NCBI GenBank assembly: GCA_965209155.1
Contig: OZ242383.1
Location: 2,848,001 to 2,912,000, forward strand
From: a bacterium
GTDB taxonomy: Bacteria; SAR324; NAC60-12
Length of the DNA stretch: 64,000 bases
Reading direction: 5' to 3'
Positions 20,282 through 29,204 of this stretch are shown in pieces. Below the pieces are notes generated by a model that was not told where the DNA came from, ran no database searches, and saw only the letters and a program-made list of their open reading frames with translations. The stretch's first letter is position 1; every line of letters starts with the position of its first letter. Made by a program: the position numbers and the translations under genes.

Positions 20282-20528
20282 GTCTCTGAAAAACCCATTC
20301 AGTTAAATATCATTGAAAAGATTCCCGGAGAGAACCGATCGTTTTCAAGTCCTCCCACGATATGGTTCAATCGATCGGGAACCCACTCTTTCACTAAAAC
20401 CACTTAGTGAAGGTATAATTCTAGCAATATATATTTTTTTGAATAATGTCAACCCCCAAATAAAAAAAATGCAGGATTCGTAAAAAAATGAAAAATCTAT
20501 CAATCAGTGAGATCCGCTTCTTTGTTCA
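20282..20528 (-). repeat. Repeated promoter/leader module, copy 2
   Basis: Homologous to copies 1 and 3; TTGACA-23nt-TAGAAT. Confidence 0.85.
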
Positions 20529-20945
20529 TTCCTTAAAATCCGGGGACAGATACTAATTTCTATCATTTTCAGGTCTCCCTGGTTTCTTGGGTCTCCAATC
20601 TCGTTTGCTCATGGCTTCCGCCTTTCTCAAAAAACGGTCATCTCCTCAGGTCGACCCTTCCGAAAATGCGCTCGAACTCATTCTAAATCATGAGACTCCT
20701 CATTGAGACTCCATCCAATCGTCAGGACTCCCAAACCATTGATTTTGTTGAACCAAGGGATCTCTTTTCATTCTTAATTCTTCATTTCGAGACAGCAACT
20801 ATTTAGTGTCAGCAGAGAGTCTGAATGATTGAAAATTTATAGTTTCAGATAATCCGAACTATGTGCAATAATAGAGGAAACATAAGATTTGATTGTCATT
20901 AAAACGGTGTCTACTATGAAAACTACAAAGGTGAGGAGACCCCAA

Positions 20946-21668
20946 ATGACCTATGAGACCGAGCACGAAGCACGATGTGATTTGGCTGCAGCCCATCGTA
21001 TGGCGGTGATGGATGGGCTGAATGAAGGCACCTGGAACCACTTCAGCTTGATGTCACCGCTCGAGCCCGAGCGGATGCTCATTTCGCCGGGTGACACCCA
21101 TTGGTCGATGGTCAAGGCCAGCAATCTCACCTTGATGGGGCCGCAAGCCGAGGTCATCTCCGGCCCGGAGCCAAACGACGCGGCCTGGATCATCCACTAC
21201 CCCGTGCATCGGGCTCGTCCGGATGCGAAATGCGTGATGCATTCGCACTCCCCGTATGCCACTGCGTTAGGAATGCGCAAGGCCAACAAACTGGATACGC
21301 AGTCGAACCAGGCGGCGGCGCTATTTCACGGTGATATTGCCTACTTCGATGTGTACGACGGCATTTTGCGTGAAGCTGATGAAGGCGAGCGAATGGTTGA
21401 GGCGCTGGACGACAAGCGAGTGCTGATGCTGCGCAACCACGGGGTGCTGACCGTTGCGCCCACCGTAGCCCAAGCCTACATGGACCTTTACTTGATCGAG
21501 CGTGCATGCATGTTTCAGCTCCTTGCGACCAAGGACGGTGGAGAGTTGAACCAGATCCCGACCGAGGTGGCCGAGAAGATTGGCGCGGCAGGCCGACAGG
21601 GCCGCGACGGCCATTTCCAGGGCATGAAGCAAGTCATCGAAGCACGTGAGCCCGACTACAAGCGATAG
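20946..21668 (+). CDS. Class II aldolase/adducin family protein
   Basis: NHFS, IHYPVH, HSH and LRNHG motifs; AGGAG RBS. Confidence 0.9.
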   Translation: MTYETEHEARCDLAAAHRMAVMDGLNEGTWNHFSLMSPLEPERMLISPGDTHWSMVKASNLTLMGPQAEVISGPEPNDAAWIIHYPVHRARPDAKCVMHSHSPYATALGMRKANKLDTQSNQAAALFHGDIAYFDVYDGILREADEGERMVEALDDKRVLMLRNHGVLTVAPTVAQAYMDLYLIERACMFQLLATKDGGELNQIPTEVAEKIGAAGRQGRDGHFQGMKQVIEAREPDYKR

Positions 21669-21752
21669 AGGGGTGAGAAAGGAAATCAACCGTGAACGAA
21701 GAGAGAATGCGTCATAATGGTTGCACGGATTTTTGACACAGATCATCTCAGC

Positions 21753-22064
21753 CTACTGGAGACCGGAAACAGCATAAACCTGAACCTCTTGTTCCAAGCG
21801 GTCAACAAGGTCATCTTCAGCTATATCTAATTCATAATCCATTTGTAAGCCCAACCAAAATTGGGGAGACATACTGAAGTATCGGGCCAGTCGTAATGCG
21901 GTATCAGCAGTAATTCGACGTTTTTTCAATACGATTTCATTAATGCGTCGAGCAGGCACTGCAAGCTCTAAGGCCAGACGGTTTTGACTCAAGCCCATCG
22001 GTTTCAAGAATTCTTCCAATAGCACTTCTCCTGGATGGATGGGAGTTAATTTTCCACGGGACAT
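21753..22064 (-). CDS. higA: HigA antitoxin (XRE HTH)
   Basis: PIHPGEVLLEEFL, ITADTALRL and FWLGLQ motifs. Confidence 0.93.
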   Translation of the reverse strand: MSRGKLTPIHPGEVLLEEFLKPMGLSQNRLALELAVPARRINEIVLKKRRITADTALRLARYFSMSPQFWLGLQMDYELDIAEDDLVDRLEQEVQVYAVSGLQ

Positions 22065-22071
22065 GTGACCT

Positions 22072-22353
22072 CTAATGATAATCTACAATTTCTACATTCA
22101 TAGCGTCTCCATTGTTCCATTCAAAACAGATACGCCATTGATCATTAATTCTTATACTGTGTTGCCCTGCTCGATCCTTGGTAAGCTTTTCCAACTGGTT
22201 GCCAGGCGGAACACGTTGATCATTTAGCGTTGTTGCACGATTGAGCATTCTCAACTTGCGTAGAGCAACCTGCTGAATAGCTTGGGGCAATTTACGAGAT
22301 ATTTGACGATGAAAAATCTTTTCTGTTTCTTTGGACTTGAAATTTTGAACCAT
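22072..22353 (-). CDS. higB: HigB (RelE-family) toxin
   Basis: PPGNQLEKL, HSIRINDQWRICF and VDYH motifs; toxin-first gene order. Confidence 0.93.
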   Translation of the reverse strand: MVQNFKSKETEKIFHRQISRKLPQAIQQVALRKLRMLNRATTLNDQRVPPGNQLEKLTKDRAGQHSIRINDQWRICFEWNNGDAMNVEIVDYH

Positions 22354-22363
22354 GTTCCATAAT

Positions 22364-22382
22364 TATAACGAATAACGTTATA
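22364..22382. promoter_or_regulatory. Candidate higBA operator
   Basis: TATAACG-AATAA-CGTTATA inverted repeat about 10 bp upstream of higB. Confidence 0.55.
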
Positions 22383-22388
22383 CGTCAA

Positions 22389-22664
22389 ATGTTATTTCAT
22401 AGATTGAACCTGAATGAGGTACCCTGTCGAACAAGCGCATCGAGCGGACTCGAAAAAACCTCTCTTGATTCTTGCGTGATTGAAGCCCAACGGGAACGGA
22501 TCGTTGTCTTGCGGGAAGGTAAGCCCGTCGCATTGGTGATTGGTATAGACGAGGAACAATTGGAGTTGGGCCGTGATCATTCATTTTGGAAACTCATTGA
22601 GCAGAGGCGAACTCAGGAAACCTTCAATCGAGAAGAATTGGAAAAATCCCTCAATACAGATTAA
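22389..22664 (+). CDS. Orphan Phd/YefM-like antitoxin, start uncertain (possibly truncated)
   Basis: EAQRERIVVLREGKPVALV motif; no downstream toxin. Confidence 0.55.
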   Translation: MLFHRLNLNEVPCRTSASSGLEKTSLDSCVIEAQRERIVVLREGKPVALVIGIDEEQLELGRDHSFWKLIEQRRTQETFNREELEKSLNTD

Positions 22665-22806
22665 GACCTTCGGGATGGGGGCATTTTTCGTTTACGTTAT
22701 TGAAGCTTTCTGCAATAATGCATCGTCGCTCTCCATCTGTTGACGGTCGGCAGGGGGCTTAAGAGTTAAGACAAAATGACCAATCTATCAAAAGGGAGAT
22801 ATTCGT

Positions 22807-23373
22807 ATGAACTTATCTGATGAGCAAGTGATTTTCGAGGACCACTTTGACGGTAAGCTGGAGGAAGGATGGTCCTGGTTACGCGAAAATTCGGAGCGAT
22901 GGCGCATCCAAAACCGTGGGTTGGAGATTTGCGTGGAACCCGGCGCGGAAAATACCGTTAAGAACGCCTTGCTGAGGGCTGCGCCGGATCGGGCGCAGGG
23001 CAGGTTCGCCATTGAGGTCACGGTGACGAACCATTCGCTGCCGAGGCAACAGTACGAGCAGGCTGGCATTACCTGGTATACTGATGGCAAACCGGTCTTT
23101 AAGGAAGTCAAGGAACTGATCGACGGCGAGCTCTACATCATCCCCGGAAAGCCGCCGATGCCGACGAAAAGCGTCCGACTTCGCTTGGTGGTCAGCGCTC
23201 ATTCATGGGAGGCCCAATATCGTCCGGAAGGCGCCACTGAATTCCAAACCGCAGCGACAGGCGAATTGCCTCCGCCGAACAACGATCAGGTGAGTATTCA
23301 GTGCTATCATGGCCCGCCGGATGAGGAACATTGGATTCGTTTCGAGCATTTCAGCTTCAAGCAATTATCATAA
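22807..23373 (+). CDS. Concanavalin-like/DUF1349-like beta-sandwich protein
   Basis: FEDHFDGKL..GWSWLRE and QYEQAGI motifs; GGAG RBS. Confidence 0.65.
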   Translation: MNLSDEQVIFEDHFDGKLEEGWSWLRENSERWRIQNRGLEICVEPGAENTVKNALLRAAPDRAQGRFAIEVTVTNHSLPRQQYEQAGITWYTDGKPVFKEVKELIDGELYIIPGKPPMPTKSVRLRLVVSAHSWEAQYRPEGATEFQTAATGELPPPNNDQVSIQCYHGPPDEEHWIRFEHFSFKQLS

Positions 23374-23454
23374 GGGCCCCAGAGGAAAATCGATAATGAC
23401 GCAAGAGGAAAACCTTATCAAGTAAAATTGAGGAATACGCCAGCGCCGAGGAGG

Positions 23455-24450
23455 TCATGGCGATGTGAGCGCTTCCAGGGTCTGATGAATGTCGAGCGGT
23501 AGCGGACCTGCCTGCGCGGCCACGACGCTCTCCTCGAGTTCCTCGGGTGTGGAAGCACCCACCAGGATGGTCGACAGTTCTTTATTTGCGATCAAAAAGC
23601 GAACCGTCAATGCTGCGATCGAAATACCAGTCGTCCGGGCCAACTCGAGGAGGCGCGCATCCGAGAATATCCCACCAACCCGAGCCAGAGGACCTTTGGG
23701 GGCGAGTTGAAACGGCGAGGCTTCATTGGACACGCCCAGACCAAAGTTGGAGAAAATCCCTCCCACGACATAAGCAATCCCCTGCTCACGGATGACCGGC
23801 AGCATCACCTGCGGGGAACGGCGGGCCAGCAGCGAATACTCGTGGGCCGACAGGCACATGTCGACTTTTACCCGGTTCAGGACGTGAGCCAAGGGTGCGG
23901 ACTGGTTTGAACTGAGGCCAATGTAACGGCACAGCTTCTGCGCCTTTGCTTCACGAAGCGCCTGAATGAGGGCTGCGTTCCGGTAGTCGAACTCCTCATC
24001 CAGGTCGAGAAGCCGGCGATCCTCCCGCGCGTCGGGTATCCAGGCTTTTGCCCTCTCTATGTCGTGCCCCAGGAGTACGTCGACCCGATCGCGACGCAGA
24101 GCACGTAGGTTGTCTCGTATTTGGGCGCGACAGTCTTCTACCGTCGTATAGTCTTTTAGCTTTGTCGCAAGGAGATGGGGTTTCGTGGTCCCATCAAGCC
24201 CCTCACCCATGATTAACTGCGATTTACCCCTGTCTGTCCAACGGCCATCCTCACCCGCTCTACCGTAAGTGGGAGAGGTATCGAAATAGCTGACACCCAG
24301 ATCCAGCGCATGTTTGACGGTTTCTACCCCTTGTTCATAGGAGTGCTTATACAAAGCGGCGCCACCCAGTCCGATGAGGCTGACCGTCTCCCCTGTACGC
24401 CCGAAGGAGCGTTGTTCCAGTGTCCCTGTCATAATAGGCAATCGCTTCAT
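23455..24450 (-). CDS. Aldo/keto reductase
   Basis: GRTG..VS.IGLG, YFDTSPTYG, RYIGLS and VGAS motifs. Confidence 0.88.
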   Translation of the reverse strand: MKRLPIMTGTLEQRSFGRTGETVSLIGLGGAALYKHSYEQGVETVKHALDLGVSYFDTSPTYGRAGEDGRWTDRGKSQLIMGEGLDGTTKPHLLATKLKDYTTVEDCRAQIRDNLRALRRDRVDVLLGHDIERAKAWIPDAREDRRLLDLDEEFDYRNAALIQALREAKAQKLCRYIGLSSNQSAPLAHVLNRVKVDMCLSAHEYSLLARRSPQVMLPVIREQGIAYVVGGIFSNFGLGVSNEASPFQLAPKGPLARVGGIFSDARLLELARTTGISIAALTVRFLIANKELSTILVGASTPEELEESVVAAQAGPLPLDIHQTLEALTSP

Positions 24451-24506
24451 CTATTTCATCGTCGTCAACTTCGAGCGCGAGGAGACGAACGGGTGCGTGG
24501 ACTCGG

Positions 24507-26291
24507 CTAGAAGCCCATTTCTTTCTTCAGTTCCTGGTCAACCCAGAGGTGGGCCATGAGGGGATTCCGATTCACGAATCCAAACCAGGCTTCCCCGTTA
24601 TACCCTTTGAGCCACGGCTGGCTCACGTGAAATTGTGGGGCATCGGGACCCCAGATGAACCAATGCTTCTTGATGGCGTACATATCTGCCTCCCGAAAAA
24701 TTTTCTGGTAAGTCTCGAGGTCATTCGTCGCGCGAAGGGCATCAATCATCTTGTCAAACTCCGGGTCTTTGGCGACGATGACGTTCCATACTTTCGCACC
24801 TCCCCAGAAGCGGGTCACGAGATGCTCACCGAAATAGTGATGGCCCCCTTCTCCATTACGTATCGCTTCAAATTTCATTTTACTGGCGAGAGCGATCGCC
24901 TCCGTAAAAGGTGGAGTCCAAATCTGCACCTCAACGCCAATCCGACGCCAGTATTCCGTCACTAATTCCGGATAGGAGATATCTTGAACTTCATAGTGCA
25001 GCAATTGGCTCTTGAATCGAATGCCATCTGCGCCCCGCGGATAGCCCGCCTCATCCAGGAGCCTTTCGGCCTCTTCCGGGTCATAGGCAAACTCTTCCTG
25101 CAAGGCTTTGGGCCACTGCTCATAGGGAATGTAATACCCTTTGAGCGAGTCGCCTACCATCCCGTGGGGGGTCACGTTGGCTTGCCCCTTAAAGTAGCCC
25201 TGGTTAATTTCCTCGAGGGGTAAGGCTTTCTGCAGGGCGATGCGCACCCGGATGTCGGAAAAGTGCGGGTTAGTCAGGTTCATATTATAAACGGTCTCCG
25301 ATCGAGTGAAAAACGGCCATTGCACGAGATCGGGGTTGGTCCTCTTGAGGCTCTCCACCTGGTCGATCCGTTTTAATTGAGAACTGCCGATACTCCCGAT
25401 TAAATCAAGCCTACCCGAGCGCAGTGCCGCCAGACGGGTTGCTTCTTCTTTCAATTCCAGCACCCGCAATGTGTCAATATAGGGCAGGCGGTTCTCCGGG
25501 AACTTGGCATCGTAGCCCCAGTAGTTCGGATTTTTCGTATAGGTGAGCGAGCTGCCTTCGACATGGTCGGTCAGCATAAAGGGCCCGGTGCCGACCAGGT
25601 TCCTCCAATCCTTCGCGTCGCCGTGTTGCTGGATGACCTCGGGGGGATAGATAAAAACGAACCAATCAAGGATGAGGTTCAGCGCCGTAAAGTAGGGCCG
25701 CTTCAGCTTCATCACCACTTTTCTCGGGGATTCGGCCGTGATCGATTCGAAGGGAATCCCAGTGAGATCGTGAGCATGAGGGCTGGCTTCCGTGAAGCCG
25801 CTGCCCAGACCCAGCATACGGTGAAAGTTATAGACGATATCCTGGGCCGTCAAGGCTCGACCGTTCATAGGCGCCTTATCGTGCCAGCGAACCCCTTGGC
25901 GGATGTAGAAGATATAGGTTAAGTCGTCGGGCACCTGCCAGCTTTCCGCCAAGGCTCCTACTAAATGTTCGGGCTGGATGTAGACACTCCTCATGTCCCA
26001 GACGTCCCTATCTATCGCCCAATTCGGCACGCTGATCTTCTCGAGCACACCAGTGATTATGGTCGATCCTATATGGGTACCATACCAGATATCAGCATGC
26101 TCCCCAATACCCGTGGCATTGGGATAGGTGATGGTCCCTCCATAGCGAGGTGCTTCCACCATCTCGCCAGTGGCGGGATCTTTGACCATCTCTTGCGCGG
26201 TCACGGTGGCCAGGCTGACCCAAAAGGCGGTCACCATCAGGGTGAGAATTAACAACAATGATTGGATTTTTCTTGTTTCACTATTTTCCAT
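24507..26291 (-). CDS. ABC substrate-binding protein, family 5 (paralog of 18349-20124)
   Basis: Shares VKDP.TGEMV.AP.YGG, DWRNLVGTGP and PENRLPY with the other SBP. Confidence 0.9.
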   Translation of the reverse strand: MENSETRKIQSLLLILTLMVTAFWVSLATVTAQEMVKDPATGEMVEAPRYGGTITYPNATGIGEHADIWYGTHIGSTIITGVLEKISVPNWAIDRDVWDMRSVYIQPEHLVGALAESWQVPDDLTYIFYIRQGVRWHDKAPMNGRALTAQDIVYNFHRMLGLGSGFTEASPHAHDLTGIPFESITAESPRKVVMKLKRPYFTALNLILDWFVFIYPPEVIQQHGDAKDWRNLVGTGPFMLTDHVEGSSLTYTKNPNYWGYDAKFPENRLPYIDTLRVLELKEEATRLAALRSGRLDLIGSIGSSQLKRIDQVESLKRTNPDLVQWPFFTRSETVYNMNLTNPHFSDIRVRIALQKALPLEEINQGYFKGQANVTPHGMVGDSLKGYYIPYEQWPKALQEEFAYDPEEAERLLDEAGYPRGADGIRFKSQLLHYEVQDISYPELVTEYWRRIGVEVQIWTPPFTEAIALASKMKFEAIRNGEGGHHYFGEHLVTRFWGGAKVWNVIVAKDPEFDKMIDALRATNDLETYQKIFREADMYAIKKHWFIWGPDAPQFHVSQPWLKGYNGEAWFGFVNRNPLMAHLWVDQELKKEMGF

Positions 26292-26330
26292 GCTTCCTCC
26301 TACGATTGAAATTAAATTGTAACTATTCAG

Positions 26331-26590
26331 GTCTCTGAAAAACCCGTTCAGTTAAATATCATTAGATAAAGATTCCCGGAGAGGAACGATCGTTTTCAAG
26401 TCCTCCCACGATATAGTTCCATCGATCGGGAACCCTCTCTTTCACTAAAACAACTTAGTGAAGGTATGATTCTAGCAAAAAATATATATATATTTTTTTG
26501 AACAATGTCAACCCCCCAATGAAAATAAATGCGGGATTCGTAAAAAAAAATTAAAAATCTATCAATCAGGGAGACCCGCTTCTTTGTTCA
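26331..26590 (-). repeat. Repeated promoter/leader module, copy 3
   Basis: Homologous to copies 1 and 2; TTGACA-31nt-TAGAAT. Confidence 0.85.
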
Positions 26591-26719
26591 CTTCTTTGAG
26601 ATAAAAGAAAAAGTGTTGTACATTTTGTGTATAGGGATTATTAGTAACTCGATTGTTTTTAAATTCGGACCCGAGAAGGAATCCGTAGTTATGATGTATC
26701 GATTGAAGAGGGAGTAACC

Positions 26720-27007
26720 ATGTCAGCCTATGTAATCGTTCACATTGAAGTGCAGGACGAAAGTACTTTCGGAGAATTTCGTGAACGCGTGAGTGCGACA
26801 GTCGAGTCCCATGGCGGCCGGTACCTGGCGCGCGGGGGGAACGTTGAAGTGGTAGAGGGCAGTTGGACCGCAGACCGTATCGTCGTCATTGAGTTTGATG
26901 ATGTCGACAAGGCAGCGACGTGGCTCAACTCGCCTGAGTATACCGATCTCAAGAAAATTCGCCAACAAGCAGCGAACGCGACAATCCTGGTCGTTGAAGG
27001 CGTGTGA
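26720..27007 (+). CDS. DUF1330 family protein
   Basis: MSAYVI, HGGRYLARGG, VVIEF and W.NSPEY motifs. Confidence 0.88.
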   Translation: MSAYVIVHIEVQDESTFGEFRERVSATVESHGGRYLARGGNVEVVEGSWTADRIVVIEFDDVDKAATWLNSPEYTDLKKIRQQAANATILVVEGV

Positions 27008-27120
27008 CTGTAGCCACGAACAATCGTTTCGCGCCGGGATTCCAATAGTTGTCACAAGGCGACTTGGTTCCGAAGACTTCCTGATATGTCAGAGGGGTAC
27101 TGGACTACGGAGTCGATTAG

Positions 27121-28848
27121 ATGCGAGACACCGAAAACATACGTTACGAGCCGGATGAGAAGTCTCCGCTGGTTGTGACGCTGAATGTAGCCTGCCAGGG
27201 AAGCGTGCTCGCCCTGTCTAACACCGTCACGATCACGACTATATTCGCCGTGGCATCCGAAGGCAGAGCGAGTTACCTTGCGTGGGCGGTCTTCGTATCC
27301 CTTGTGATCGGCGGAATCGCAACAGCGCACATGGCACTCCGCCTCGGTCGTATGGGGCCCGGGTACATGCTTTTGATAGGTCCCGGCTCCCCGTTCATTC
27401 CCGTCTGCGTCCTGGCCGTGGCGGAGGGGGGATTGCCCCTGATGTCGAGCCTGATAGTTGCTGCTTCGCTGGTCCATTTCGTACTGGCGTTCTGGCTGGC
27501 GCAGTTACGCCGTGTTATCACGCCCGTCGTTTCCGGAGTGGCTTTCATGGTGATCGCCTCCGCTGCCATGCCCATCGCCGTCGCCAGGTTGGATGATGTG
27601 CCAGCAGGCGTCTCTCCGATTGCGGGGATGGCAGTAGGAGTGGCAACACTGGCCACCGTGACGACATTGATGCTTCGCGGTTCGGGTGTTTGGCGGCTGA
27701 TGGCATTTCCCATAACTATACTGGTGGGGTGCATTGTCGCCGTACCGCTAGGCGTATACGACTTTCAGCGAGCTCTCGACGCCCCGTGGTTTGGTCTTCC
27801 CGAATTCTCCGCGTGGCCCGGCTTAAGCCTGGTAATTGACCAGGACTTCCTGGCGTTTCTTGCGGTATTTTTCGTCGTAAGCGCCGTAGTTGCCATCAGG
27901 ACTGGTAATGATGGGGTGGTGATTCAGCGAATCTCCCGGCGCAAAGCGCGCGCCGTAGACTTCCGCGACGTGCAGGGCACCCTGAACGTGAACGGACTGG
28001 CCACGCTGCTATCCGGCATTGCGGGAACCATCCCCACAATCATATACCTGCCCTCGTCTGTCGCGCTCATCAGCTTCACCGGAGTCGCCGCGCGCCGTGC
28101 AGCGTATGCGATGGGAGTAATTTTGGTCACGCTGGCGCTGCTGCCCAAGGTTGTCGCCGTCCTCCTCACGATACCGAAACCGGTGACCGGGGCTATCCTG
28201 ATGATTGTGATGGCATTGCTTTTCATGGAAGGCATACGAACCGTCTTACAAGACGGTCTGAACCAGCAGAAGATCCTCATAGTTGGCCTGTCGCTCACGA
28301 TCGGGATCGGCTTACAGACCCAGAACATCCTTGCATCCTCCCTCGGCAGCCCATGGGGAGTCGCGTTTGGTAACAGTGTCGTCATGAGTATTCTGGCTGC
28401 GGTTCTCATATCGGTCATTCTCGAAGTAACGGGTTCCCGCCGCAGGCGTCTGGAGGTTGAACTGGACATTTCAGCCCTGCCCGGCATCAACGAGTTCCTG
28501 CGTGAACTCGTTTCCGGGATGGGTTGGAACCAGGATTCGACAGACAGGTTGTGCTCTGCCGGCGAGGAGACGCTGTCCAGCATGTTGCAGCTGCGTGAGG
28601 ACCACGAGGGAGGCAGTCCGCCGCGCCTGGTCATAGTCGCGCGTCCGGCGCCTGGTACGGTGGAAATGGAGTTTCTGGCGGTGTTCACGGAGGAGAACAT
28701 CGAAGACCGAATCACGTACATGACCGACCAGGCCGAGATGCCGGAAGTAAGCGAAATCTCGTTCCGTCTGCTGAGGCACTACGCGTCTTCAGTGCGCCAC
28801 AGGAAATACCACGGGATTGACGTCGTTGAGGTGCGGGTCGATGCGTAA
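27121..28848 (+). CDS. NCS2 (xanthine/uracil permease)-like transporter with an extra C-terminal soluble domain
   Basis: Multiple TM helices; ITPVVSG and TGVAARR..LLPK..IPKPV.GA motifs. Confidence 0.8.
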   Translation: MRDTENIRYEPDEKSPLVVTLNVACQGSVLALSNTVTITTIFAVASEGRASYLAWAVFVSLVIGGIATAHMALRLGRMGPGYMLLIGPGSPFIPVCVLAVAEGGLPLMSSLIVAASLVHFVLAFWLAQLRRVITPVVSGVAFMVIASAAMPIAVARLDDVPAGVSPIAGMAVGVATLATVTTLMLRGSGVWRLMAFPITILVGCIVAVPLGVYDFQRALDAPWFGLPEFSAWPGLSLVIDQDFLAFLAVFFVVSAVVAIRTGNDGVVIQRISRRKARAVDFRDVQGTLNVNGLATLLSGIAGTIPTIIYLPSSVALISFTGVAARRAAYAMGVILVTLALLPKVVAVLLTIPKPVTGAILMIVMALLFMEGIRTVLQDGLNQQKILIVGLSLTIGIGLQTQNILASSLGSPWGVAFGNSVVMSILAAVLISVILEVTGSRRRRLEVELDISALPGINEFLRELVSGMGWNQDSTDRLCSAGEETLSSMLQLREDHEGGSPPRLVIVARPAPGTVEMEFLAVFTEENIEDRITYMTDQAEMPEVSEISFRLLRHYASSVRHRKYHGIDVVEVRVDA

Positions 28849-29039
28849 TCGCATTGCTGACTTCCCTGTCCGGGAATTCGGCCGCATCGATAAAACCGGA
28901 GATCGCAGCACCGGTCAACGAAAGACGGCATCCCTCGATTCGATTCACTTTCGCTTTCATTTCAGTGGTTATCCTGATCTGATACCGTTCTGTTTCAGTT
29001 ATCCGTTCTTGGGGGGCCATAAAACTCCTTGACTTTTTT

Positions 29040-29172
29040 TGATATCGTAATAGAATAAAATAACGTACCTGACAAACTGCCAGGCCAAGTCGCAGGAGGT
29101 AAGCGAAGTCTCGCTCCCCCTGACGAGGCACTACGCGACTTCAGTACGCTACAGGGAATGTCAGAGGATTGA
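29040..29172 (+). pseudogene. Degenerate copy of the 3' end of the NCS2 gene
   Basis: CAGGCC...GTAAGCGAA.TCTCG...GAGGCACTACGCG.CTTCAGT...GGATTGA aligns with about 28695-28820. Confidence 0.7.
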
Positions 29173-29204
29173 AGTGGTAAATCCTGGCGCTGCGCCACAG
29201 ACTC

